Virus record (IMG/VR): IMGVR_UViG_3300045988_179014
Span: 1-64,000 of that record
DNA: 64,000 nt
Direction: 5' to 3' (one strand)
Source: a virus
Shown here: positions 9,756-18,629 of the stretch, piece after piece
How the letters are laid out: each line of letters opens with the position of its first letter
Numbering within the stretch: position 1 is the first letter of the stretch
Position numbers and translations under genes: made by a program
The notes under the pieces: model-generated
The model's database searches: none
The model's input: only the letters and a program-made list of their open reading frames with translations
What the model was told of the DNA's origin: nothing

Positions 9756-10304
9756 ATGTGTCTACCTCTCAGTTATTCGTCCTGCTTTATATAGACTAGC
9801 AGAAAATACAAGAACTAGCAACACCTTAAGATTGCTACCATTGCTGAACAGTTTCAATATATAATAATAGTTATGCTTTCAATGTCATCTACTGGCGCTC
9901 AACCTATGGGTATTGTTAACAAATGTTTTAATAGTTGGTCTGCACCATAATAACAAATCAAAACACCAGAATAGGTTCTTATGAGTTTTGAGGATTAAAA
10001 AATTATGGATAATGCACTTCAAAACAGAATGAACAAGACTTACACAATTAATTATACTTGTACCGCACGATAACCCATTCTCGATGATGTACTTTTCGAC
10101 AATCCACATATGTTTTGCATCCTTTCAATATGACAGACTTGTACATCATTTGAATATAACATGACATTAGACGGATTATAGCTGTCGCTTTTTACGCTCA
10201 CGGTATAGAAACATGAACCACACAATAACCCCTTTCTGCATATTGATTCAAAGTCCTTGGGTTCTCAACTAAGAGACACAATGAATAGTTTCTAGTCGTG
10301 AAAC

Positions 10305-10352
10305 AAGAAAAACGCCCATCAAGTGTTGAAGTTAACTTGATGGGCGTTTTTC
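10305..10352. terminator. Bidirectional rho-independent terminator
   Basis: Perfect 14-bp inverted repeat aacgcccatcaagt (10311-10324) / acttgatgggcgtt (10335-10348), flanked by AAAAA on the left and TTTTT on the right. Sits immediately downstream of the stop of minus-strand ORF 10365..10640. Confidence 0.65.
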
Positions 10353-10364
10353 ATCGCAAATAAG

Positions 10365-10640
10365 TTATCGCCATTCATTAATTATTGATTCCCGCAAATC
10401 GCCAATATCAAGCTTACAATGTTCTGGCAAAGTAACATAAGCTCCGTCCAACATGGCCCACTCTGGCAAAAGTGTTGTTACTATCTCCACTAACTGATTG
10501 GTAGCTTTTTCCAGCTCAGAATCACTGATATCGGACGCTCCATATTGGCAACACATATTTAGAACAAAGTCTTTCCATGACTCTTCTCTAAACAGGGACT
10601 GACATAAATTAATACGAGACATGATAACACCTAAAAACAA
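10365..10640 (-). CDS. Hypothetical protein (91 aa)
   Basis: ORF followed by a strong terminator. Confidence 0.4.
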   Translation of the reverse strand: MFLGVIMSRINLCQSLFREESWKDFVLNMCCQYGASDISDSELEKATNQLVEIVTTLLPEWAMLDGAYVTLPEHCKLDIGDLRESIINEWR

Positions 10641-10649
10641 TATGCGATA

Positions 10650-11627
10650 ATTTAATTGAATACAAGAATATTGTCGTTAGTCCGGTTTTTGGAGCGCTAA
10701 TTATTAACAGTGGCAAACTGTCCACCGGAATCGCACCAGCGTGCATCTTTTAATCGGGTAATGCCATCCCCGTCCAAATCGGACTAACGAGTACCCTTAT
10801 CTGGAATCGAACCAGAATGCATGGCTCCATCAAGATACACGAAAGGGAAAAAATTTTGATGGAGAAAACATGGCTCTACCATTGAGCTATAAGGGTTTGT
10901 AGAACCACCTAGACTTAGTGGTTTAGATGATAGGCTTTTGCTGGATTATGGTTTCCCAGCGTGTCCGCAACCTCCCGGCTGCACCTATCGCGCCCGGTGA
11001 CTATTGGCCACCAAATCATTACGCTGAACACTACTCTGCTCATTTTGGTTCGGACAAGGGCCGCTAAACCCCTATCCTGCACTACTCTGATACAAAACCC
11101 ATTTCACCTTGCGGGCGAAACAGACCCTTGCTTCACATGGCGTGGCAAGGTTTAGGACGCTTTCGCATCCAGCGAGGAAAGTCTTGTGCATGTTATTATC
11201 ATAGAGGTTGAAAGGAATGTGCTTTCCTGGAGGCCACACACTCTTTTGGAGTGCACGATACCTCACATTCCCATACACTTTGGTGCCACCCATCGTGTAT
11301 CATAAAACACCCGAAAATGTCTTTCCGGCTATTTGTCAATGGTTGCCGCCCTTAACTGGCATGTTTCAGACTATGCAACCTTCCTGAAACAAGATGTGGC
11401 TTGTTTTGTGTAGTCACAGCCTATACTCATCAGTATAGGTGCTTCTAACTGCTCAGCATTTGCCATTGCAGCCAACTACACCCCTCACCACACCCCAAGC
11501 CGCGGATTTTCCCGACCTGGTTGGCTTCAGGATTGCTTGAATTGCCAAAACCAAAGTTCTGGTGGCAGGGTTTCAACCACCCCCGCCTTTCACCCCCTCA
11601 CGGAGGCTTATGCGTCAAGCCGCTTTG
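10650..11627. other. About 1 kb ORF-free, GC-richer segment with stem-rich sequence; possible structured RNA gene(s)
   Basis: No credible ORF and composition distinct from the flanks. Contains the tRNA-like element and GGGGGTGAAAGG / GAGGAAAGTC-type motifs loosely reminiscent of RNase P RNA. These could not be reconciled into a known secondary structure by eye. Confidence 0.3.
10792..10886 (-). ncRNA. tRNA-like gene with canonical acceptor, D and T arms but an aberrant 56-nt central (anticodon/variable) region
   Basis: Minus-strand reading: ACCCTTA-TA-GCTC AATGGTA GAGC-[56 nt containing the 10-bp hairpin TCTCCATCAA...TTGATGGAGA and a GAGCCATG direct duplication]-TCTGG TTCGATT CCAGA-TAAGGGT-A. 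The 7-bp acceptor, 4-bp D-stem and 5-bp T-stem all pair perfectly; no CCA is encoded. Confidence 0.5.
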
Positions 11628-11705
11628 TGCCTGTCACGGGATTCGAACCCGTAATCCTTGGAACCTAAATTAGTTAGGCGCGTATACCAATTCCGCCAGA
11701 CAAGT
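11628..11705 (-). tRNA. tRNA-Leu-like (divergent; anticodon loop region CTAAT/ACTAATT, possible UAA)
   Basis: D-arm GGCGGAATTGGTATACGCGCC as in bacterial tRNA-Leu; T-arm ACGGG TTCGAAT CCCGT. Acceptor stem has one A1:C72 mismatch and the anticodon loop is non-canonical (C33). Confidence 0.5.
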
Positions 11706-11728
11706 ATTTGGATAGATTGAACTATCTC

Positions 11729-11808
11729 TACTTGCCACAGGACTCGAACCTGTATTCCTTGGGACCTGAAGGTGGTTCAGGCGCGTATACCAATTCCGCC
11801 TGACAGGC
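11729..11808 (-). tRNA. tRNA-Leu-like (divergent tandem duplicate; anticodon loop ACCACCT is non-canonical)
   Basis: Shares a 22-nt identical D-arm segment and an 18-nt spacer motif (gatagattgaactatctc) with its neighbour. T-arm ACAGG TTCGAGT CCTGT. The acceptor has a mismatch and G:U pairs; this may be a pseudo-tRNA. Confidence 0.45.
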
Positions 11809-11837
11809 ATATATTTTTGATAGATTGAACTATCTCG

Positions 11838-11919
11838 TACCTCAGATGGGAGTCGAACCCACACCCCTTATCGGGACCTGATTTTGAGTCAGGCGCGTCT
11901 GCCATTCCGCCACTGAGGC
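11838..11919 (-). tRNA. tRNA-Leu (anticodon CAA), type II with long variable arm
   Basis: GCCTCAG-TG-GCGGAATGGCAGACGCG-CCTGA CTCAAAA TCAGG-TCCCGATAAGGGGTG-GTGGG TTCGACT CCCAT-CTGAGGT-A. The anticodon loop is canonical (U33, CAA, A37); 82 nt. Confidence 0.7.
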
Positions 11920-12893
11920 CTAAGATAAATATAAGATAAGCTAAGCTAAGTAAACTAATCTAAACTAACATAATTCAAACTAATTAACTAAAAACAGTTT
12001 TGCAGTACTGTCCACCAGCCTCCCTTGTACTGCTATTCTTGCGCCTTTAGCCGTTTATCCCAACACCTCCTGACAAACAACAGCAACAAGAACAATAAGT
12101 CAATTCTTGTATTCCGCATGAGCGGCAGTCAACACCTAAGTTTCCGAACACGTCTCACGACGTTTACATCACTGTTCAACAACAGTGTCAACTCCCAGAC
12201 TTCCCTATTGACGGTACGCTCTGGTCAGCGCAGGGTCTTCCTCCCCCAGTATGCCTAACTGGGCCTCTTTATTGTATTTTTCACCTTATTGGTGTGTTTC
12301 CATTTTAGCACATTTGCCTCAGTTGTCAACTTTGGCTCATGTCTAAAATTTCTTTTTACTAGTTCTATCCAAGCAATCAGTTTTTTGTTGTTTCACCATC
12401 TTAACACATCGGTTTTGGTATGTCAACCTTATGTCAGCTGATGTTGTATATAACAACTCTATCATATCCTTTAAGAAGTTTCAACTCTTGTTGTGTGCCT
12501 CGTAGTCACTCTGGACCAGTCATCGTACACACAGAGTTATCAACTCCGTCTCGGACCTATCTTGAGTTGTTCAATACATCCATTCTGCCTGATAGATGTT
12601 TGGATGTCAAGTCGAAACCACAAGTTTTTTGATTTTTCTCAACTGGAGCCAACTTTAACGAATAACTGATTCCTCATAGTAAAACAAAGAGCACAGAATT
12701 GGGTGCTTCACGAAAATGCAGATAGAGGGGATATGACGGATACCTAGAAACTGTCAGCACTGGAATCCCATTGGTTGAGCTTTTAACCAATTGTGTTTAA
12801 CATATGTAGACACTTTTGATTTTGGCAATCAACAGAAAAGTGGCGCGGAGTAAAAAACTCCGCGCCACTGATTGAGGGCGAGGCATCATCCGC

Positions 12894-13103
12894 TCAATCA
12901 TCTTCATCTGGAAGCGCCGATTTTTCAACGGCCTCCCAGAAACCTTCCTCAGGAGTAATGATGTGAATTTTACCATTTTCCCAATAACTTACCAAGTTGG
13001 CAAGTAGGGGAATGTCCCACTTGCTATCTGTACCATCGGCTTCCTTCATGAGCAAATCAAGATAGTTGATTACATCCTGAATCGTCGTAAAAGTTCGTGA
13101 CAT
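12894..13103 (-). CDS. Small acidic hypothetical protein (69 aa)
   Basis: ORF preceded by RBS GAAAGGGAG and a canonical sigma70 promoter. Confidence 0.45.
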   Translation of the reverse strand: MSRTFTTIQDVINYLDLLMKEADGTDSKWDIPLLANLVSYWENGKIHIITPEEGFWEAVEKSALPDEDD

Positions 13104-13134
13104 GATAACTCCCTTTCATGTTTTTGCTATTTCC

Positions 13135-13163
13135 ATCATAACAGGAGAACACAGCACTGTCAA
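13135..13163 (-). promoter_or_regulatory. Sigma70-type promoter (TTGACA-17 nt-TATGAT) for ORF 12894..13103
   Basis: Minus-strand -35 TTGACA (13163-13158), 17-nt spacer, -10 TATGAT (13140-13135). RBS lies 8 nt before the ATG at 13103. Confidence 0.5.
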
Positions 13164-13686
13164 CTCTCATACGTATCTCTCATAATAGAGGTATTGATTA
13201 CATAATCACTACATACGGTTTTTCACATATTTCTGTCAAAATATTTGGCTGCAACTGTACTTTATGCAATCTTCGTCGTCCCCTATTGCAGGCTTGGAGT
13301 GCTTTCCTCAACCATGACCCCAACAATCCACTCCACAGTTGTATACACAAGTGTTTATATGCTATCTGTTGGCATCAAACAAACTCTTTAAACAGGGTAG
13401 GGTAGCGCATCAACAAACACCCAAAAACCAAAGATTCTCCATATTGAAACAAAATCCACTTGGAAACAAAACTAGTTATTTCAACACATGAAAACATTCA
13501 TCATTCAGAAACGCCCCTCCTACCCTCCAGTAACAAAAGAAGGTCCCAAGACACCAATCTCAGGACCTTCCACACGAACAATATTGGACACACCAAACAC
13601 ATGCCAACACAACATTCGCAATTTGGGAGCAACTTATACGTAAATTCTCATGTTAGTAAAACACACCAAGCCATATTCTAGACAAT

Positions 13687-13956
13687 TCAAATATTGGCTA
13701 CTTCCTCAACGAACTTTTTGAACGTGTTTTTGGACATAGCGCCTGAACGCTCCCCAAGAACTGTTCCACCGTCATCAACTATTCGAACAGTAGGAACAGA
13801 CAGAATTCCAGGTGTAGGGGTTTTGTCCACATCCACATCCTCCAAAGTGATGTTCACTCCTTCAGACCGTAATTCTTCAACTACTTTATGAACAATTGGG
13901 GCGAACTTTTTACAGGGAGCACACCACTCAGCGCTGTATTTCACAACTTTGACCAT
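13687..13956 (-). CDS. Thioredoxin
   Basis: 89 aa with the CxxC active site WCAPCK (thioredoxin WCGPCK-like). Size and fold-consistent sequence. Confidence 0.7.
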   Translation of the reverse strand: MVKVVKYSAEWCAPCKKFAPIVHKVVEELRSEGVNITLEDVDVDKTPTPGILSVPTVRIVDDGGTVLGERSGAMSKNTFKKFVEEVANI

Positions 13957-14657
13957 AACATCATCCTTTCATCAACGACAAATCTCCCAACCAAACATGA
14001 ACCAATGAGACCATCTGTCAACTTCCACAAGAACAATCTGAGTAGCTGCCACAAATTGAGGACTTCTGTTTGGTGTCATATCTGGTTTCTTCACCAGTGT
14101 AACCAATTAGCACAGGCAGAGAGACTGTTGAGTTGGCTTCAAGCACAAGCATTTTGAGGTTCACAAAACACCTGAACATTATGTTGATAGCATTTTGACA
14201 ACAAGGTAGCTATTTGTATGCATTCTGTTGAAAATGATGTTTTGCCATTTCAGTGCTGATTGTGGGCTGTTGAATCAGAAGTGTCAAAAATTGGATGCAT
14301 ATGTTCAATAAGGAACAAATCAAGACCAATCCAAATATTGACTCATGACTCATAAAACCAAGAGACGTGTCCAATTCGCCAATATTCATACAATCATATG
14401 GACGTTTAACAACCATGACCTTTTGTCGTAACTACCAAAATCGTCGTCCCCCTGTTGGGCTTCATGAACTGGTCAGGTCAATACAAGCATTTCTCATTTC
14501 ATAACAACTATGTTTGTATGTTGTTACGAAAATGTTCTCAAAACGCAAAAAGGAAACAAGCAGCTACAAACAAGGACTGGGAACTCATTCCGGTATTGTG
14601 GATGATGTGATACTTGTACCTATCCCTTTTAAAGTAGCTAGAACTTGGCACATGAAA

Positions 14658-15107
14658 CTAGGACATCAACCCCAACTCGGTAACGATTTTCCAATTGACC
14701 AACTCAATAAAATTGATTGATGGGAGACCCCTCCCACCCCATGAATCCTCATTAGGTCCAACCCAGCGCAATGACAATAAACCAATCAAGAACATATTAA
14801 TCAAGTTCTTGGCATCATTGGTCTTGTAACATGGTACCTCTGCACGAAACCATTGTCGTCCAAAAACAGTCCTGACATACAAATTACAGGAATCCAGGAC
14901 AGGTTTCAAATCCAACAATTCCCAATGGAGCGTTGGTAGGGTGTTATGGAATTCGATTGTCCCTTCCAGCCCCTCATAAAAACGAGCGGTATTGGTTACT
15001 TCTACATCTTTTACAATACGCGGAAGTAACTGTTTACATGTATCAAACACGTCTTCAGTAATCACGGAGTTTCCCATGCCCTTTCCTTGTGTGCAAGAAA
15101 ATCCCAA
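14658..15107 (-). CDS. Paralog family member 1 (conserved C-terminal INFVELVDW tail)
   Basis: C-terminus ...LPSINFIELVNWKIVTELGLMS. Internal block NLINMFLIGLLSLRWVGP; N-terminal LLPRIV...YEGLEGTIEF. Confidence 0.55.
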   Translation of the reverse strand: MGFSCTQGKGMGNSVITEDVFDTCKQLLPRIVKDVEVTNTARFYEGLEGTIEFHNTLPTLHWELLDLKPVLDSCNLYVRTVFGRQWFRAEVPCYKTNDAKNLINMFLIGLLSLRWVGPNEDSWGGRGLPSINFIELVNWKIVTELGLMS

Positions 15108-15583
15108 TCAATTAGTTCAACAAAATTGATTGATGGGGGATAACGGTCTTCTGAGGAATATTTCTGGTTCCCCTTATACAGCATTTGTTTAATACGTTGT
15201 TTCCATGATTTTGGAGAAACATCTCTCCACTTGCTGGGACCAGAGCCAGACCTCGGTACCCAAGCCAAAGACAACCATGTGGAGAGAAAAGCCAAAACCA
15301 CATCATCTGCTGAATCAACTGCAAAATATGGAATGCTTGCACTGAACCAATAACCATTCTGGATGTCCAATACGTGGCAATTCTTGGCTGTTGGTGGACT
15401 AAGAGTCAAAACCCAATGGAACTTATGTCGCAATGGAACCCGGATACGTCCAACCCAATCCCAACCAAATACGTCAGTCACAACACAACTAGGAAGTATT
15501 TGCGACAGTGTTTCGCTCGCATGATTGATTGTTTCTGGGGAGAAGATTGGTGCATTCTCACCCATGTTGGATACCTCATCCAT
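15062..15583 (-). CDS. Paralog family member 2
   Basis: C-terminus ...PPSINFVELIDWDFLAHKE. Internal DDVVLAFLSTWLSLAWVP. Confidence 0.55.
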   Translation of the reverse strand: MDEVSNMGENAPIFSPETINHASETLSQILPSCVVTDVFGWDWVGRIRVPLRHKFHWVLTLSPPTAKNCHVLDIQNGYWFSASIPYFAVDSADDVVLAFLSTWLSLAWVPRSGSGPSKWRDVSPKSWKQRIKQMLYKGNQKYSSEDRYPPSINFVELIDWDFLAHKERAWETP

Positions 15584-15677
15584 ATGTATTCCCTAAATGC
15601 GAAAACGCCCTATGGCTGGGCATTGTTGACAATTCATTGTTCAAATAGTACCAGAACTTGACTGCCAGAACAACGCG

Positions 15678-16154
15678 TCAACTATCAGACAGTCTCAATC
15701 TAGTCACCACATCCCAATCCACTAGCTCCACAAAATTAATGGATGGAAGATGGACCCTAGAGGATTGAGAATGCCTCTTGGCGATTCTACGTATCCACTT
15801 TCGGAACCAGTTGGACGGAGTTGTCATCACACACATGTCATCAGACCCAATCCAACGTAGAGTCAGAAATCCGGTCAAGAAAATGCTAATCAAATCATAT
15901 GACGAATTGATTTTGCGATATGGAATTCTCGATAGGAATATTGAGCCTGACTTCTTTGCCAACTCTAATTGGTACCAACTCGAAGAAAACCTCGGGTTTG
16001 TAAAGTACCAGCACAAATCTATATTGTATTTAGGTATTTGGATAGTGCCTTCTATCCCATCATAGAACGACGCGTCAAACACCATGCAATTTTTTATTAC
16101 ACGTGGCAGCCAATTTCTGCCATGTGTTAATAAATCAGGCATAAAGACACTCAT
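15678..16154 (-). CDS. Paralog family member 3
   Basis: C-terminus ...LPSINFVELVDWDVVTRLRLSDS. Internal YDLISIFLTGFLTLRWIG; N-terminal WLPRVIKN...YDGIEGTIQI. Confidence 0.6.
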   Translation of the reverse strand: MSVFMPDLLTHGRNWLPRVIKNCMVFDASFYDGIEGTIQIPKYNIDLCWYFTNPRFSSSWYQLELAKKSGSIFLSRIPYRKINSSYDLISIFLTGFLTLRWIGSDDMCVMTTPSNWFRKWIRRIAKRHSQSSRVHLPSINFVELVDWDVVTRLRLSDS

Positions 16155-16803
16155 CTTGAGCCAGAAAACCCCAATTCAACAACTCGCTGAAATGAATCTC
16201 GGGCAAATAACTTCGAACTGACATTTGATTATAGGCATTTTTGGGCCTAGAGGAGGTAACCGGCCTCCACTCATACTTCTCTGAGTCGTTCCATGACAAC
16301 TCATAGTGAATCAATGCATCCTGAAGGTAACCTGGAGTTACAAACTTACTTGACGGGATGTCCTCCAGCATGAGCCAGCAAGTCAGAAAAACCCAAATAA
16401 CATCATTTACATTGATGATTGGTCTGTAGTCAATTTTTGCGAATGACACAGTATCCTTACCAAATCGAATTTGCAAACCATGAGACTGTCGGGTTTCTAC
16501 AGAGCTGAGGTACAACAACCACTCAAAATGAAGTCCATTATGTTCCAATGTTCCAGTTATGCCAGACGCCTGAACATGGGAAACCGTCAGTCCCCGAATG
16601 AATTTTGGCAGTATTGAGATGAGTCGCTTGCTCATGTCCTGTCCATCCCGGTCAACGAGCATCTCAGTCATGGTTTCCCTTTCGCTGGTAATCATGAATA
16701 CATCATATACCACCCAATCCATGAAATCAACATGGACGTACACAAGTTCACAAGAAGAATCATAGACTGGATTCACACCAAGCTGCATTCTTGATTTGTA
16801 CAA
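16135..16803 (-). CDS. Paralog family member 4 (most divergent, longer N-terminus)
   Basis: C-terminus ...LPEIHFSELLNWGFLAQDECLYA. Internal VNDVIWVFLTCWLMLEDIP. Confidence 0.5.
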   Translation of the reverse strand: MYKSRMQLGVNPVYDSSCELVYVHVDFMDWVVYDVFMITSERETMTEMLVDRDGQDMSKRLISILPKFIRGLTVSHVQASGITGTLEHNGLHFEWLLYLSSVETRQSHGLQIRFGKDTVSFAKIDYRPIINVNDVIWVFLTCWLMLEDIPSSKFVTPGYLQDALIHYELSWNDSEKYEWRPVTSSRPKNAYNQMSVRSYLPEIHFSELLNWGFLAQDECLYA

Positions 16804-17422
16804 ACTTCCACATGTTTAAATGGCTAAATAGAGTATAAGGTCATTCCAAAACCGACTCAACCCAATCGAACTTGTTGTCATTACGAAACTAAAGATTAAT
16901 CTGATTGAACTTGTATTCCCAATATTGATGCTATCTCACTAATAGTCCATTATGGTTCGTTCGTGTTTTATGGATGGAATACACATACAACAAAGCCATC
17001 AACACTTTTTGTCGTCCCCCTTCATATCCAAAAACATACACCCCAAATAATCAAGACATCTTAAACAAACCCATTTCACACAATCAACAGACGCCCCAAA
17101 CCCCTCACCTCGTAATCTGTCGTCAAAGATTTTCAACCACCAACAACACTAATGGGATTACTTGCACACCTATGATTGACCAAGCAACTTCTATCAGGTG
17201 TAGTATTATTTCCAGCTCAACTATCATATAACGCAAGTATCTCATCAAATCAAAGAGTGCTCATACTCACAATTGATGAAAAACACTCCATTCTGAGTAG
17301 CAATTCTAAAAATCACACAATATACCAGTCCATCAACCCTAATCAAACATAGGAGGGATTCAAATTGATTTTCATGAACGTGTTGTATACAATTTGATTG
17401 ATTTATAGCTTGGAAGGATTGT

Positions 17423-17854
17423 ATGTTGAATACTGTCGTGCTGGAAGAAGGGTGCGAACTTCTATCCAAAACCATTCCCAGTTGTGGTGTGACTTACATG
17501 AACCGTCAGAACAGTTTGAGTGGAGAATTTGCAACACGTTCACACCATGGCATGTGGAAACTAATGCTCACCAACAATCCAGAATATAGTTACAAACTAG
17601 TTGCTTGGGTTGATAACACATCTGGGAACTTTCATACTTCCATCCAGCCCCATGTTCTGAAAACCGGAAATGACTTAATCATGGTTTTCCTCAGTGGATG
17701 GCTCAACCTGAAACCACATGCACACTCTTCACTTACTGTACCACCCCCACCAATCAATTTTGTGGAACTGGTGGATTGGGAAGCTGTGATTGAACTGGGA
17801 TTGGGAAAATACATGGAAACAACCGATTCCCCGTATAATAACACAGATGACTGA
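17423..17854 (+). CDS. Paralog family member 5
   Basis: C-terminus ...PPPPINFVELVDWEAVIELGLGK. Internal NDLIMVFLSGWLNLKP. Confidence 0.6.
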   Translation: MLNTVVLEEGCELLSKTIPSCGVTYMNRQNSLSGEFATRSHHGMWKLMLTNNPEYSYKLVAWVDNTSGNFHTSIQPHVLKTGNDLIMVFLSGWLNLKPHAHSSLTVPPPPINFVELVDWEAVIELGLGKYMETTDSPYNNTDD

Positions 17855-17928
17855 ATTCCTAACATCCAATTCCAAAAATTGCTACTATAATCGAATCAAC
17901 TCATTACAACTGAGAAACAGAGAGACCA

Positions 17929-18456
17929 ATGAACAACTTGTCAATTTATGAGCCTTTTGCTATCAGTGAAGGCAAAACAGTGTTGACAAAAGTGGTACCA
18001 AATGTTTTAACCGTTCTCGTGGCTCATCAAAGTTTCTGGGGTGGAACGTTGGAAATCCCGTCCTGTCCAGTCTTTCGTTGGGAATTCTGTCCAAATACAG
18101 AAACCTCCCAAGGTCGTTACTTTTTACGAATGATTTTAAATGAAACAATTTGGTTCAATACCCAAATCATTGATTACTCCATTAACACCATCAACGATTT
18201 TATCACACGATTCCTTGGGTGCTGGTTAACCCTTTCATGGACAGGGGGAGCCAATGAAATCACATGGCACGGATTGGTGAGGAGACGCGACAGTGTTCAT
18301 ACATCCGAAAAATCATGGGCACGACAAATCGGCGTATGTCTTGGTGGGAAACAAGTACGAGGGAAAATACGACCATCCAAGTTATGCACCCATTACTATC
18401 CATCCATTAATTTTGTGGAGCTAGTGGATTGGGATGTAGTTGCCAAATTGAAGTAG
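17929..18456 (+). CDS. Paralog family member 6
   Basis: C-terminus ...YYPSINFVELVDWDVVAKLK. Internal INDFITRFLGCWLTLSWTG. Confidence 0.6.
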   Translation: MNNLSIYEPFAISEGKTVLTKVVPNVLTVLVAHQSFWGGTLEIPSCPVFRWEFCPNTETSQGRYFLRMILNETIWFNTQIIDYSINTINDFITRFLGCWLTLSWTGGANEITWHGLVRRRDSVHTSEKSWARQIGVCLGGKQVRGKIRPSKLCTHYYPSINFVELVDWDVVAKLK

Positions 18457-18551
18457 AGGAACCAAACCCGAAATCGTTAATGTTTGGTTGTAAAATTTTT
18501 AACGTTCCGTTCGCCACTTCTAATTCTCTTGGGGTCATAATTTTGCAATGA

Positions 18552-18629
18552 GGGTTATTCACAGCCTTCCTCAAGTGCGCCCTGACTAGGTATTTTACTG
18601 GCCGCCACGCCGTCTGTGAATAAGCCTCA
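18552..18629 (+). repeat. About 80-nt hairpin element, copy 1 (10-bp stem ttattcacag/ctgtgaataa, conserved loop motifs cctcaagtg and gactag)
   Basis: Stem ttattcacag (18556-18565) pairs with ctgtgaataa (18614-18623). Homologous second copy at 19993-20070. Confidence 0.5.

Noticed and set aside
10900-11627. RNase P RNA or tmRNA gene
   Set aside because: Isolated motif resemblances (GGGGGTGAAAGG, GAGGAAAGTC, CCGGCTAT) occur on different strands or in the wrong order for P4 pairing. No tag-peptide reading frame or pseudoknot series could be recognised. Left as an unassigned structured segment.
14210-14416. 68-aa minus-strand ORF 21 nt downstream of a CGTCGTCCCC motif copy as evidence that the motif is an RBS/promoter element
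   Set aside because: This is a single instance. Other motif copies are not followed by conserved ORFs at a fixed distance, and the canonical sigma70 promoter at 13135-13163 shows ordinary promoters are used nearby.
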